A stretch of DNA of 64,000 bases from Syntrophorhabdaceae bacterium (GTDB lineage Bacteria; Desulfobacterota; Syntrophorhabdia; Syntrophorhabdales; Syntrophorhabdaceae). Shown piece by piece: positions 10,648 through 19,788 of this stretch; positions within the stretch are counted from its first letter, which is position 1, and every line of letters begins with the position of its first letter. A model generated the notes under the pieces. That model was not told the origin of the DNA and searched no databases. It was given only the letters and a program-made list of their open reading frames with translations. The stretch covers positions 128,001 to 192,000 of the forward strand of contig CAXXUO010000001.1 of assembly GCA_963666485.2 (NCBI GenBank), in the 5' to 3' direction. Made by a program: the position numbers and the translations under genes.

Positions 10648-11445
10648 TCTCGACAGCCGCAGGATCCGCAGCGCTCCCCTGCTCAGCAATATGAAAACGA
10701 TCGTCCCAACCGCCAGGTCCGGTATCTTGGATCGGGTCAGATATACCAGGACACCCGCAATGATAACCCCGACATTGACAATGACATCCATGGATGTGAA
10801 CATCATGCTGGCCTGCATATGCGCCTCCTTGCTCTTCGAACGCTGGAGCAGGTACAGGCACAATACGTTGCCGGCGAGGGCAAAGATCGATACCCAGATC
10901 ATCGTCAGAAAATTGGGCGCCGGTTCGTGCCCGAGAAATCGCCGGATGACCTCGAGAAAACCGAGGACCGCGAGCACCGCCTGAAAATACCCCGCTATCC
11001 CTGCGATTCTTTTCTTGCGGGTGACCGAATCCCCGACTGCCAGGAGGGACAGGCTGTAGACGATGCTGTCGGCAAGCATGTCGAGGCCGTCTGCAACAAG
11101 CCCCATCGAACCCGCGATGAGGCCGGCGATCATCTCCGCTACGAAGAAGAACAGGTTGATGGCGAGCACCTGGCAAAGAACGCGGCGCTGCCGGGAGTGT
11201 TCATCGGCAGGCCCTATGTATTCGACAGCCTCGGATGAGATAAATGTCGTATCAAGCTTGAGGCCGTCGAGCGCATCGAGGATCCCGTTGTAATTGTCTG
11301 TATGGTATACCTGCAGCAGTCGTTCCGGTATATCAAAGACGAGATTCCTGATGCCGGGCAGTCCCTCAAGCCTTGAGCGGACCAACTGCTCCTCGGTCGG
11401 TCAATCCATCTTCGCTATTTTAAATGATGTCCTTATAATTGTCAT
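10645..11445 (-). CDS. HMA-domain + CDF-family cation transporter, probable selenoprotein (UGA at codon 15, 11401-11403)
   Basis: Frame extends from the 246-aa ORF to ATG 11445: MTIIRTSFKIAKMD-(TGA)-PTEEQLVRSRL, matching the MDCPxEE motif; CDF motifs ADGLDMLADS and DVIVNVGV; hairpin at 11361-11382. Confidence 0.8.
11361..11382 (-). promoter_or_regulatory. Putative bacterial SECIS element of the HMA-CDF gene
   Basis: mRNA GUCC-G-CUCAA-GGC-UUGAG-GGAC; G-starting loop about 28 nt after the UGA. Confidence 0.65.
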
Positions 11446-11458
11446 ATAGTCCGCTAAC

Positions 11459-12304
11459 CTATTTTTCGGCCTTGTCGAGGTCTTTACCAATGTCCCGGGT
11501 AAGGTCTGTCGTCAGGTAATCAAGCGTGACGGGAAGACCAACGTCGAGCCGCGGGATGTGCTGTATGCCTATACGGACCTTCTTTAGCGAACACTGCATC
11601 ACATGCCCCCCGCGCAGGCGGTCCTCGCTCAGGAAATGGACGTGGTATCCGGGTGCATTGAGTGATTCCATGAATGCAGGTGTGTAAAAGCCGGCAAGCG
11701 ATCCTCTGGCGTTGTGAACCTCAAAAACAGTCTGGTCCTTTGTCGCTTCTACGAGGGGCGTGTAGTTTTCCGATCTCGGGGCAGCCCTCAATTTCATATG
11801 TTCGAATTCACCATCAACCCGGATAGCGTAGAGCATATTCCTCGACGGGATCAGGTCGTCGAGGGTCTTTGCAAGGTCATGGGGGGCTGAATCCCCGATA
11901 TCATCAAAGGTGTCGGGGCTGAAAAAGGTCACGCAGGCAAACGGCGAATGCTGATCGTCAGATACCCCGTAAACGTTGCCGTCGGAGCGGACCTGGAACA
12001 CCCTGCCGTCGAGGACGACCATCTCGCCGTCGAGAAAATCGAACGTGCCGAGGCCGAAATCGCCATGCTGCCTGATCTCCCCGATCGTGGTATTTTCGAC
12101 ATAAAGGCCTTCGACAAGGGCATTGATCGGCGCGGAAAGGTAGACGGCATTGGTTCTTCCCGTGCTGACGAGAAATTGGCGCAGCGCCTGCTCCACCAGT
12201 TCCGAGGCGGATAGCCCTGTTCTCTCCATAGCCTCTGTAAGCTGCTTCAAGGTATCGTACGACAACAGGATCTCAAGTTCGGTCGCGTTTTCCTTGTCGG
12301 CCAT
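11459..12304 (-). CDS. budA: Alpha-acetolactate decarboxylase with N-terminal ribbon-helix-helix-like extension
   Basis: HGDFGLGTFDFLDGEM, PFACVTFF and GYHVHFLSEDRLRGGHV (three Zn-binding His). Confidence 0.85.
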   Translation of the reverse strand: MADKENATELEILLSYDTLKQLTEAMERTGLSASELVEQALRQFLVSTGRTNAVYLSAPINALVEGLYVENTTIGEIRQHGDFGLGTFDFLDGEMVVLDGRVFQVRSDGNVYGVSDDQHSPFACVTFFSPDTFDDIGDSAPHDLAKTLDDLIPSRNMLYAIRVDGEFEHMKLRAAPRSENYTPLVEATKDQTVFEVHNARGSLAGFYTPAFMESLNAPGYHVHFLSEDRLRGGHVMQCSLKKVRIGIQHIPRLDVGLPVTLDYLTTDLTRDIGKDLDKAEK

Positions 12305-12334
12305 GCATGGTCAGATCGCCCGGGGGTCCTGGTT

Positions 12335-13678
12335 CTACGTGTCGGCTTGACCCTCTTTTGCCCGATGCGATCTTCTGCGCCTCCTTCTGCGTTTTTTCCG
12401 CACAGGGGGGCCGGCTGGTTCCGGGGCCTCCTCCGAAGCCGGGTTTTCTATAATGAAACTTTCCCACCACTGCAGGATACCGTCATACTCCCTGTGTGAT
12501 TGTGCGGTGATGCTCAAGTAAATAAGCGCTTCCGAAAACTCGGGCCTCCCGGCGATGGTTCTTGGACGTTTTACAGGGATCCTGCAAATACCGGACTTCA
12601 GTGTAAGAATGGCTGCAAGGCGCCCAGCCACCCGCCCGGGGATGTGAGCGGTTTGCGCAATTTCGGCAAGAAAGGCCGCGCATGACGCATCGAGTGCCTG
12701 GCGCAGCGGTATACCATCCTGGTGGCGCTCGAGCGCCTCTTTTTCGATAGACTCACCAAATAAAGCGGTTATAAGCAGGGCCGGTGAAACCGGCGCCCCG
12801 TTGCTGACAAGCTCGTCGATAGCACGTAGATTCATTTCAATGGTGTGAAAGAGTCCGGGGTCTGCATGGACCCTCACGCTTAATCCCGGAAAAAGTGCGG
12901 CCAGCAGACCGCTTTTTTCAAGGAGAAAAAATGTCGGCGACGCGAAACCCAGAAGAAAGAGTTTCTGTATCTCCTCGTAAAGCCGAGACGGGGACACCCG
13001 TGCTATGACCGGGGCAAGCTTCACGATAGTGTGCCAGGATTCGTCTTCTATTTCAAAACCGTGTGATGCCGCGAAGCGGACCGCACGGAGCATACGGACA
13101 GGGTCCTCGGTGAATCGCACGAAGGGGTCCCCGATGGAGCGAATGAGGCGTTCCTTGAGGTCTGCGAGCCCTGTGCTGAAATCAATGACGGACAGATCGG
13201 CAATATTATAAACGAGCGCATTGACCGTAAAATCGCGCCGGATGGCATCTTCTTCGGGCGTTCCAAAGATATTGTCCGCAAGCACCATACCGTGCTCATC
13301 TTTCGCATGTCGCACATGCCGGCGCCTTCCCTCTTCAACCTGAGGGATCTCTTCGATATCCGAAGCCTCTGCTGCACGGCGGAAAGTTGATACCTCTATG
13401 ATCTCATCCTGAAAACGGACATGGGCGAGCCTGAACCGTCTGCCGATCAGCCTGCAATTATGAAACAGCCGCTTTATCTGGCCAGGGGTCGCATTGGTCC
13501 CGATGTCAAAATCTTTTGGGGTGCGTCCCAACATGAGGTCGCGCACACACCCGCCGACAAGGTACGCGACAAAGCCCCGCGAATGAAGACGGTACAGGAT
13601 GCGCAGGGCATTCACACTGATATGCCGGCGAGAGATGCGATGCTCTTTTTTCGGGACTATTTTAGGTTTAGATTCCAT
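12335..13678 (-). CDS. pcnB: Poly(A) polymerase I
   Basis: [18 protein letters not shown], the PAP signature [20 protein letters not shown] and EDPVRMLR; Arg-rich C-terminus. Confidence 0.92.
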   Translation of the reverse strand: MESKPKIVPKKEHRISRRHISVNALRILYRLHSRGFVAYLVGGCVRDLMLGRTPKDFDIGTNATPGQIKRLFHNCRLIGRRFRLAHVRFQDEIIEVSTFRRAAEASDIEEIPQVEEGRRRHVRHAKDEHGMVLADNIFGTPEEDAIRRDFTVNALVYNIADLSVIDFSTGLADLKERLIRSIGDPFVRFTEDPVRMLRAVRFAASHGFEIEDESWHTIVKLAPVIARVSPSRLYEEIQKLFLLGFASPTFFLLEKSGLLAALFPGLSVRVHADPGLFHTIEMNLRAIDELVSNGAPVSPALLITALFGESIEKEALERHQDGIPLRQALDASCAAFLAEIAQTAHIPGRVAGRLAAILTLKSGICRIPVKRPRTIAGRPEFSEALIYLSITAQSHREYDGILQWWESFIIENPASEEAPEPAGPPVRKKRRRRRRRSHRAKEGQADT

Positions 13679-13691
13679 AGTACAGGTAACG

Positions 13692-13769
13692 GTATTAGGT
13701 TATAGGTTATGGGGAAACGGCCAAAAAAGCAATATAATAGGCGATGGGCGATGGGCGATGGGCGATGGG
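13692..13769. repeat. Heptamer repeats (AGGTTAT, GGGCGAT x4); left arm complementary to the 13802-13950 array
   Basis: ataggcgat gggcgat gggcgat gggcgat ggg at 13736-13769. Confidence 0.8.
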
Positions 13770-13801
13770 AAAACACATAAAAACCGCGAAATTGTCAGCA
13801 A

Positions 13802-13950
13802 CCTATCGCCTATCGCCTATCGCCTATCGCCTATTGCCTATCGCCTATCGCCTATCGCCTATTGCCTATCGCCTATCGCCTATCGCCTATTGCCTATCGC
13901 CTATTGCCTATTGCCTATTGCCTATTGCCTATTGCCTATTGCCTATTGCC
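13802..13950. repeat. Heptamer microsatellite CCTAT(C/T)G x21
   Basis: 21 consecutive units counted (11 CCTATCG, 10 CCTATTG). Confidence 0.97.
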
Positions 13951-13952
13951 CT

Positions 13953-13992
13953 AATTAAACAGGGTATCCATCCATCGGATAGATACCCTGTT
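13953..13992 (-). terminator. Intrinsic terminator of the bam operon
   Basis: Hairpin CAGGGTATC...GATACCCTG followed by TTTAATT on the minus strand, about 25 nt after the bamF stop. Confidence 0.7.
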
Positions 13993-14014
13993 GTCATCAC
14001 GTAATTGTTTCTTT

Positions 14015-14848
14015 CTACTCTGCTGCTTCCTTCGCCTTCTTTACCACCGCCCTCTGGTCGGGGGGAGGAGGAGGCGGGACGGCGCCCTCCATCTTCGATA
14101 TCGCCCGGAACTTCGGCGGGCAGACCTCGAAGCAGGTGCCGCACCGGATGCATTTGTCCTGATCGATGATGTGGATCTGCTGCTTTGCGCTGATGACTGC
14201 ATCAACGGGGCAGCGCCGTGCGCAGGTCGTACAGGCCTGGCATTTCTCGGGGTCGATCCAGTAGGAGAAGGGCTCGGTGAACTGCTTCGTCACTTCTTCG
14301 AGCGTAAAGTAGTTCTCGTGCCCGTCATGGCCCTCCAGGCGCCCTGCGAGCTTCTCGCGGTTCGCGATCTTGAGGTACGGGAGCTTCGCCTTGACGAAAT
14401 CAAGTTTCTTCTTGAGCTCTGCCGGTTCTATGCCTTCGGCCTTGCCCAGGGGGCCTATGCCTTTGATAGTCTTCACGAAGGCATTCACCGATTCCGTGAA
14501 GACGTTCGCCTCGGCGCCCGACATAAAGTTGATGCGCAGCCTCTCGGGGTTCACGCCGATGTATTCCAAGATGCGCTTCATGAGAAGCACCATGTTCTGT
14601 GCCTGGTAGTTGCCATGGGTGATGTAGTTGCACTCGCCCAGGTGGCATGCGCCCATGAAGACGCCGTCGATGCCGTTCTCGAACGCACGAATGATAAAAC
14701 CCATATCCACGCGCCCCGAACACATGACGCGGATGATCCTCATTTCTGTTGTATATTGCAGTCTGGACACGCCAGCCAGGTCAGCGGCTCCGTACGCTCA
14801 CCAGTTGCAGGCGAAGCCGAGGACTCTCGGTTTAAATTTTGTGCTCAT
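14015..14848 (-). CDS. bamF: Benzoyl-CoA reductase subunit BamF (MvhD-like selenoprotein, UGA at codon 17, 14798-14800) with C-terminal 2x[4Fe-4S] domain
   Basis: AAGGAGG RBS and ATG 14848: MSTKFKPRVLGFACNW-(TGA)-AYGAADLAGVSRLQY, then RVMCSGRVD and GACHLGECNY; two C-terminal CxxCxxCxxxCP motifs. Confidence 0.9.
14765..14791 (-). promoter_or_regulatory. Putative SECIS element of bamF
   Basis: GGA-GCC-GCU-(GACCU)-GGC-U-GGC-GUG-UCC bulged hairpin right after the UGA. Confidence 0.55.
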
Positions 14849-14874
14849 TATGTCCGACCTCCTTTATAGACTTG

Positions 14875-17800
14875 CTACTCGGCCGCCGCGGCCGCATCTA
14901 TCAACTTCTCGATCTCGCCGTCAGGTACGACAACGTCGATCTCGCTCACCATTTCCTCATCTGTATAATGGCGCAGCTGGATGGCGCCTGTCGGGCACTT
15001 GGTGTTGCACAGGCCGTCACCTTTGCAGAGGACCGGATTGACGAACACTTTCCTGCCCGCCTTCGTATCCCTGACCTCGAGCGCCCCGTATGTGCAGATC
15101 TCGGCGCAGGCGCCGCAGCCCATACACTTCTTTTCGTCCACCGCGCAGACGGAACCCGATGCCACGACGATATCATTGGCGAGGAGGGTCAGCACCCTGC
15201 CTGCCGCGCCGTAGGACTGGTTGATCGTCTCCTGGATGAACTTCGGGTAATGTGCAAGGCCGCACAGGTACACGCCGTCGGTCGCAAACTCGACCGGGCG
15301 CAGTTTCACGTGGGCTTCCTTGAAGAAACCGTCGGGGGAGAGCGTCACCTTGAACTGGTTCGCCACTTCCTTTGTAGCCGCGGAGGGAATGACGGCGGCT
15401 GCGAGTGCTATGATGTCCGCGTCGAGTTCGAGCTTCTTGCCGAGGATATAGTCGATAACCGTCACTTTCAGGACGTCGCGCTTGTCTTCGGACTTGCCCG
15501 GTTCGATCTCGGGCGGGTTCTCGGGTTCGTAGCGGATGAACTTCACGCCCTTGTCCGCTGCCAGCCTGTAGTAGTCTTCATTGAACCCGTAGGTGCGGAC
15601 ATCCCTGAAGAGCATGTAGATGTCCATGTCGGGGTTCTTTTCCTTGAGAAGGAGCGCGTTCTTGATCGATTCGGAACAGCATATCCTCGAGCAGTAGTTG
15701 CGTTCCTCGTTCCTGCAGCCGACGCACTGGATCATGACGAGTCCTTTCGCGCCGACGACGGCCTCATCCTCTGCCACGATCTTCTCCTCGAGTTCGAGGT
15801 GCGTGAGCACCCGCGGGTCCTGCCCGTAGAGGTATTCGGTCGGGGTGTACATGTCGACGCCGATCGCAATGACCGATGCGCCGTGTTTTATAACTGTCTC
15901 CCCCCTGTCGGACTTGATAGTGGTTACGAAGTTGCCAACGTAGCCGGTCGCATCCGTGATCTGCGCATTGTGATAGACGTGAATGAGGGGGTTCTTGTAG
16001 ATCTTCGATTTAAGGTCTTTCAGGTATTCCTGGACGTCGAGGCCCTGGAGGGTCGTGTGGATCTTGCGGGCGATGCCGCCGAGCTCTTTGTCTCTCTCGA
16101 CGAGGAAAACCTCGTGGCCCTGGTTCGCTATGGACATCGCTGCGTTCATACCGGCGATGCCGCCGCCGACAACGAGGGCACGCTTGTCGACGGGGAGGTC
16201 GAATTCCTGGAGGGGCTCGAGCTTGCAGGCCCGTGCAACGGACATCCTGATGATGTCATGGGCCTTCTCCGTCGCCTCTTCCTTTTCCTTCTGGTGGACC
16301 CAGGAGTTGTGCTCCCGTATGTTCGCCATTTCGTAATAGTACTGGTTGATGCCTGCCTCGCGCAGGGTGTCGCGGAAGAGGGGCTCCAGGGTTCTCGGGG
16401 AGCATGCCGCAACGACAACGCGGTTCAAGCCTTCTTCTTTAATCTTGTCCGTTATCTCACGGGCGGAGTTCGTCGCGCAGGAGAAGAGCTGTTCCTGGGA
16501 ATAGACGACGTTGGGGAGTGTCTTGCAATATTCCACCGTGCCCGGGACGTTGACGATACGGCCGATGTTCGCGCCGCAGTGGCAGACGAAGACGCCGACC
16601 CGCGGTTCTTCCTGGGAGACGTCCTTCTCTTCAGGATATATTCTCTCCTTCGAGAGGTTGCCGCGACGGTACTGCAGCATCTCGCCGATCTGGCTTCCCG
16701 CGCCGGAGGCACTGAAGACCGATTCCGGGATGTCGATGGGGCCCTGCAGGGCGCCTGAGACGAAGATGCCCTTGCGGTTCGTCAGCATGGGGTTTCTCGG
16801 GTCGATGTTGCAGAAGTTGTGCGACTCGAGTTCGATACCGAACTTCTTCGCGATGTCTTCCACTTCCTTCGGGGGATTCATGCCGATCGAGAGGACGACC
16901 ATGTCGAACTCTTCCTCGATGACCCCTTCCTCGGGCGTTGAGTATCTGATTGTCACGTTGTGCGTGACCGGGTCTTCTTTCACTATGGAGGGATAGCTCC
17001 TGAAGAAGCGTATGCCGGGCAGTGCCTCGGTCCTCTCGTAGTAGCGCTCGAAGTCCTTGCCGTACGCGCGCACGTCGTTGTGGAAGATCGTGCATTTCGC
17101 GTCCGCGTCGTGGTCCTTCGTCAGGATGACCTGCTTCTGGGTGTACGTACAGCACACCGCCGAGCAGTAAGAGTTGCCGCCCTCAATCACCTGGCGGGAG
17201 CCGATGCACTGGATCCACGCGACATTGTGCGGGTGCTTGAGGTCCGACTTCCGGAGTATCTCGCCACCGTAGGGGCCGGTGGAGCACAGGAGCCTTTCGT
17301 AGTCCATGCTGGTGACGACGTTCTGGAAGTCACCGTAGTGGTACTCCTCACGGACCTTCGGGTCAAAGGGCTCAAAGCCGGGGGCGAGGATGATCGCGCC
17401 GACGTTGATCTCTTTCTTCTCGGGCTTCTGGTTGAGATCGATCGCGTTCTGCTTGCAGACCGCTTCGCATATCTTGCATTTCTTCTCTTTGAGGTAGAGG
17501 CAGCTCTCGTCTATGTAGGTGATGAGCGGGATGGCCTGTGCAAAGTAGACGTGGACCGCCTTGTTGAGCGATATGTCCTGGTTGTACTGGTCCGGGTACT
17601 TCACCGGGCAGTACTCCACGCATACCGTGCAGCCCGTACACAGGTCTTCCTTGATGTAGCGGGGCTTCCTCAGTAATGTTACGTTAAAATCTCCTGCATC
17701 TCCCTCTACGTGATCAACTTCCGTATAGGTGAGAACTTCGATGTTGGGGTGCCGGCCGACCTCGACCAGCTTCGGTGCGAGAATTCACATCGAGCAGTCG

Positions 17801-18015
17801 TTCGTCGGGAAGGTCTTGTCGAGCTGGGCCATGTGCCCGCCGATCGAAGGCGCCTTCTCGACGAGGTAGACCTTGAACCCCGCGGTCGCCAGGTCAAGGG
17901 AGGCCTGGATACCGCTTATGCCGCCGCCGACGACCAGGACATCGCCAAAGTCGCCGGTGGGACCTGTCTTGCACAGGTTCTTAATATTCTCGTTGAGCGA
18001 TATTACGTTTTCCAC
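14875..18015 (-). CDS. bamE: Benzoyl-CoA reductase subunit BamE (HdrA-like bifurcating flavoprotein), selenoprotein (UGA at codon 77, 17785-17787), about 1046 aa
   Basis: The 76-aa ORF ([18 protein letters not shown]) and the 914-aa ORF are in one frame joined by a single [23 protein letters not shown]; second FAD motif VVGGGIAG; many Fe-S motifs. Confidence 0.92.
17751..17770 (-). promoter_or_regulatory. Putative SECIS element of bamE
   Basis: GCUGGUCG-(AGGU)-CGGCCGGC 8-bp stem starting 14 nt after the UGA. Confidence 0.7.
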
Positions 18016-18051
18016 TGTGTATCACCTCATCGTGGTTTGTCTTATATATCG

Positions 18052-19218
18052 TTACTCCATCACCTCGGCGATGACCTCGGTGATGTCCTTTATCGTTATG
18101 TCGTCCTCGTGGCCCGTGACAAGGCGCGAGTCCTCGAGTGCCGTGATGCAGTAAGGGCACGCCGTGACGAGCTCTGTCGTCCCTTCGGCGAGCGCCTGGT
18201 CGACGCGGATGTTCGAGAAGCGCTCGTGCTTCTCCGTCTCCGCCCACACCCTGCCGCCGCCCATGCCGCAGCACGTGGAATCCATGCGGGCCTCGGGAAG
18301 TTCCGCAAGCTCGACGCCCGGGACAGCCTTCAATACCTCGCGCGGGTCGTCGAAGATGCCGTTGTGACGTCCCAGGTAGCACGGGTCGTGGTAGGAGACC
18401 TTCTTCTGGTACTCCTTCTTGATCGTGAGCTTGCCCTCTTTTATGAGCTTAGGCAGGAGCTCAGAGATATGGACGACCTCGAAGTCAACCTTGAACTCGG
18501 GGTACTCGTTCTTGAATGTGTGATAGCAATGGGGCGAGGAAACCAGTATCTTTTTCACGCCGGCATCGATGAAGGCCTTGATGTTCTCCCTCGCGAGCTT
18601 CTTGAAGAGGTCCTCGTTGCCCGTCCTGCGGATGGACTCCCCGCAGCAAACCTCTTTCTCGCCCAGAATGCCGAACGTCACGCCGGCTTTCTTCAGGACC
18701 TTTGCGGTCGCCTGAGCCACCTTTTTGAGGCGCGGGTCGTAACTGCAGTAGCAGCACGGGAAGTACAAATACTCCATATCTTCCTTGTAGGGCTTGACGC
18801 CTAAGCCCGCGGCCCACTCGGCGCGGGTCTTCCTGTCTTCGTTAAAGGGGTTGCCCTGGCCGTTCAAGCCCGACGCGATGGTCTTGTATGATTTGACGGG
18901 GCCCGCGAAGACGCCGTATCCCGTTGCCATCCTGCGGATAGCGATCATGTCATCGATCTGCTTGACATCGCGGGGGCATCTCTGGGGGCATTTGCCGCAG
19001 GTCGTGCAGCGCCAGATCTCTTCCTTCTCGATCTCGGACAAGCCGAAGACGGCTTCCCTGATGAGCTTGCGCATCGAGAACTTACGGACCTTGTTCCAGG
19101 GACAGACTGTGTCGCATTTGCCGCACTGGTAACAATATTTTACAGCCTCGCCGCCCTTCTCCCTGATCTCGTCTATTACTTCCTGGAAAGGGGCTACGAT
19201 CTCCATTTTCTTTGCCAT
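18052..19218 (-). CDS. bamD: Benzoyl-CoA reductase subunit BamD (HdrC/D-like Fe-S protein with CCG domains)
   Basis: CYQCGKCDTVCP, CTTCGKCPQRCP, EVCCG, YHDPCYLGRHN, CCGMGGG and TACPYC motifs; operon position. Confidence 0.9.
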   Translation of the reverse strand: MAKKMEIVAPFQEVIDEIREKGGEAVKYCYQCGKCDTVCPWNKVRKFSMRKLIREAVFGLSEIEKEEIWRCTTCGKCPQRCPRDVKQIDDMIAIRRMATGYGVFAGPVKSYKTIASGLNGQGNPFNEDRKTRAEWAAGLGVKPYKEDMEYLYFPCCYCSYDPRLKKVAQATAKVLKKAGVTFGILGEKEVCCGESIRRTGNEDLFKKLARENIKAFIDAGVKKILVSSPHCYHTFKNEYPEFKVDFEVVHISELLPKLIKEGKLTIKKEYQKKVSYHDPCYLGRHNGIFDDPREVLKAVPGVELAELPEARMDSTCCGMGGGRVWAETEKHERFSNIRVDQALAEGTTELVTACPYCITALEDSRLVTGHEDDITIKDITEVIAEVME

Positions 19219-19242
19219 GGTAAGATCCTCGTTAATGGTCTT

Positions 19243-19788
19243 TTACTGCTGGTCCTTCTGGGACATCCGGGTCAGAGTGTCGGCCAGTTTGTCCATACCG
19301 TATTTATCGATCATGGACTTAAGGCTGTTCTCCACCTCTTCCGCCTCGAGACTTTCCTCGACCTCTTCTTCCCTTTCTTCATAGATAAGGGCGTCGTTCA
19401 AGCACCACTTAACGCACAAAGGTTTTTCAAGAGGCGGGTCGTCTTCGCACATATCGCACTTGAGCGGGAGGCCGGAATCCGGTTCTTTGAATGCGTCCCG
19501 GGAGGGGCACGATGCCCTGCAGAACCCGCACTCGTCGTACTCTTTGCCGTCGATGATGTACTGGTCGCGGCCCATGCACTCGGCTGCAGTATACTCACCG
19601 GCATACACCGGAACGTAGACGTCACGGATTGGATCGCGGATCATGCGGATGCGGGACCGTGCCGGGTTATTGCTTGAATACTTCGGATTAGCATGGAAGG
19701 CGGAGCAGATCACTTCGCATGCCCGGCAGCCATTGCACTTATCAAGATCGATCTTGATTTTCTTAACTATCTTCTTAGTCTTGGCCAT
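19243..19788 (-). CDS. bamC: Benzoyl-CoA reductase subunit BamC (3x[4Fe-4S] protein)
   Basis: KCNGCRACEVICSAFH, ECGFCRASCPSR and KEPDSGLPLKCDMC motifs; overlaps the bamB stop. Confidence 0.92.
   Translation of the reverse strand: MAKTKKIVKKIKIDLDKCNGCRACEVICSAFHANPKYSSNNPARSRIRMIRDPIRDVYVPVYAGEYTAAECMGRDQYIIDGKEYDECGFCRASCPSRDAFKEPDSGLPLKCDMCEDDPPLEKPLCVKWCLNDALIYEEREEEVEESLEAEEVENSLKSMIDKYGMDKLADTLTRMSQKDQQ

Noticed and set aside
13599..14004. ORFs with [14 protein letters not shown] repeats
   Set aside because: They are translations of the heptamer microsatellite, with no RBS or domain
14839..16758. 639-aa plus-strand ORF and similar long antisense ORFs (6965-8335, 17710-18804, 31707-33005, 41677-42828)
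   Set aside because: Shadow frames opposite well-supported genes with biased codon usage; no recognisable motifs
17785..18015. 76-aa ORF as a separate gene or bamE as a pseudogene
   Set aside because: It is in frame with the downstream ORF through a TGA at a conserved Cys followed by a SECIS-like hairpin
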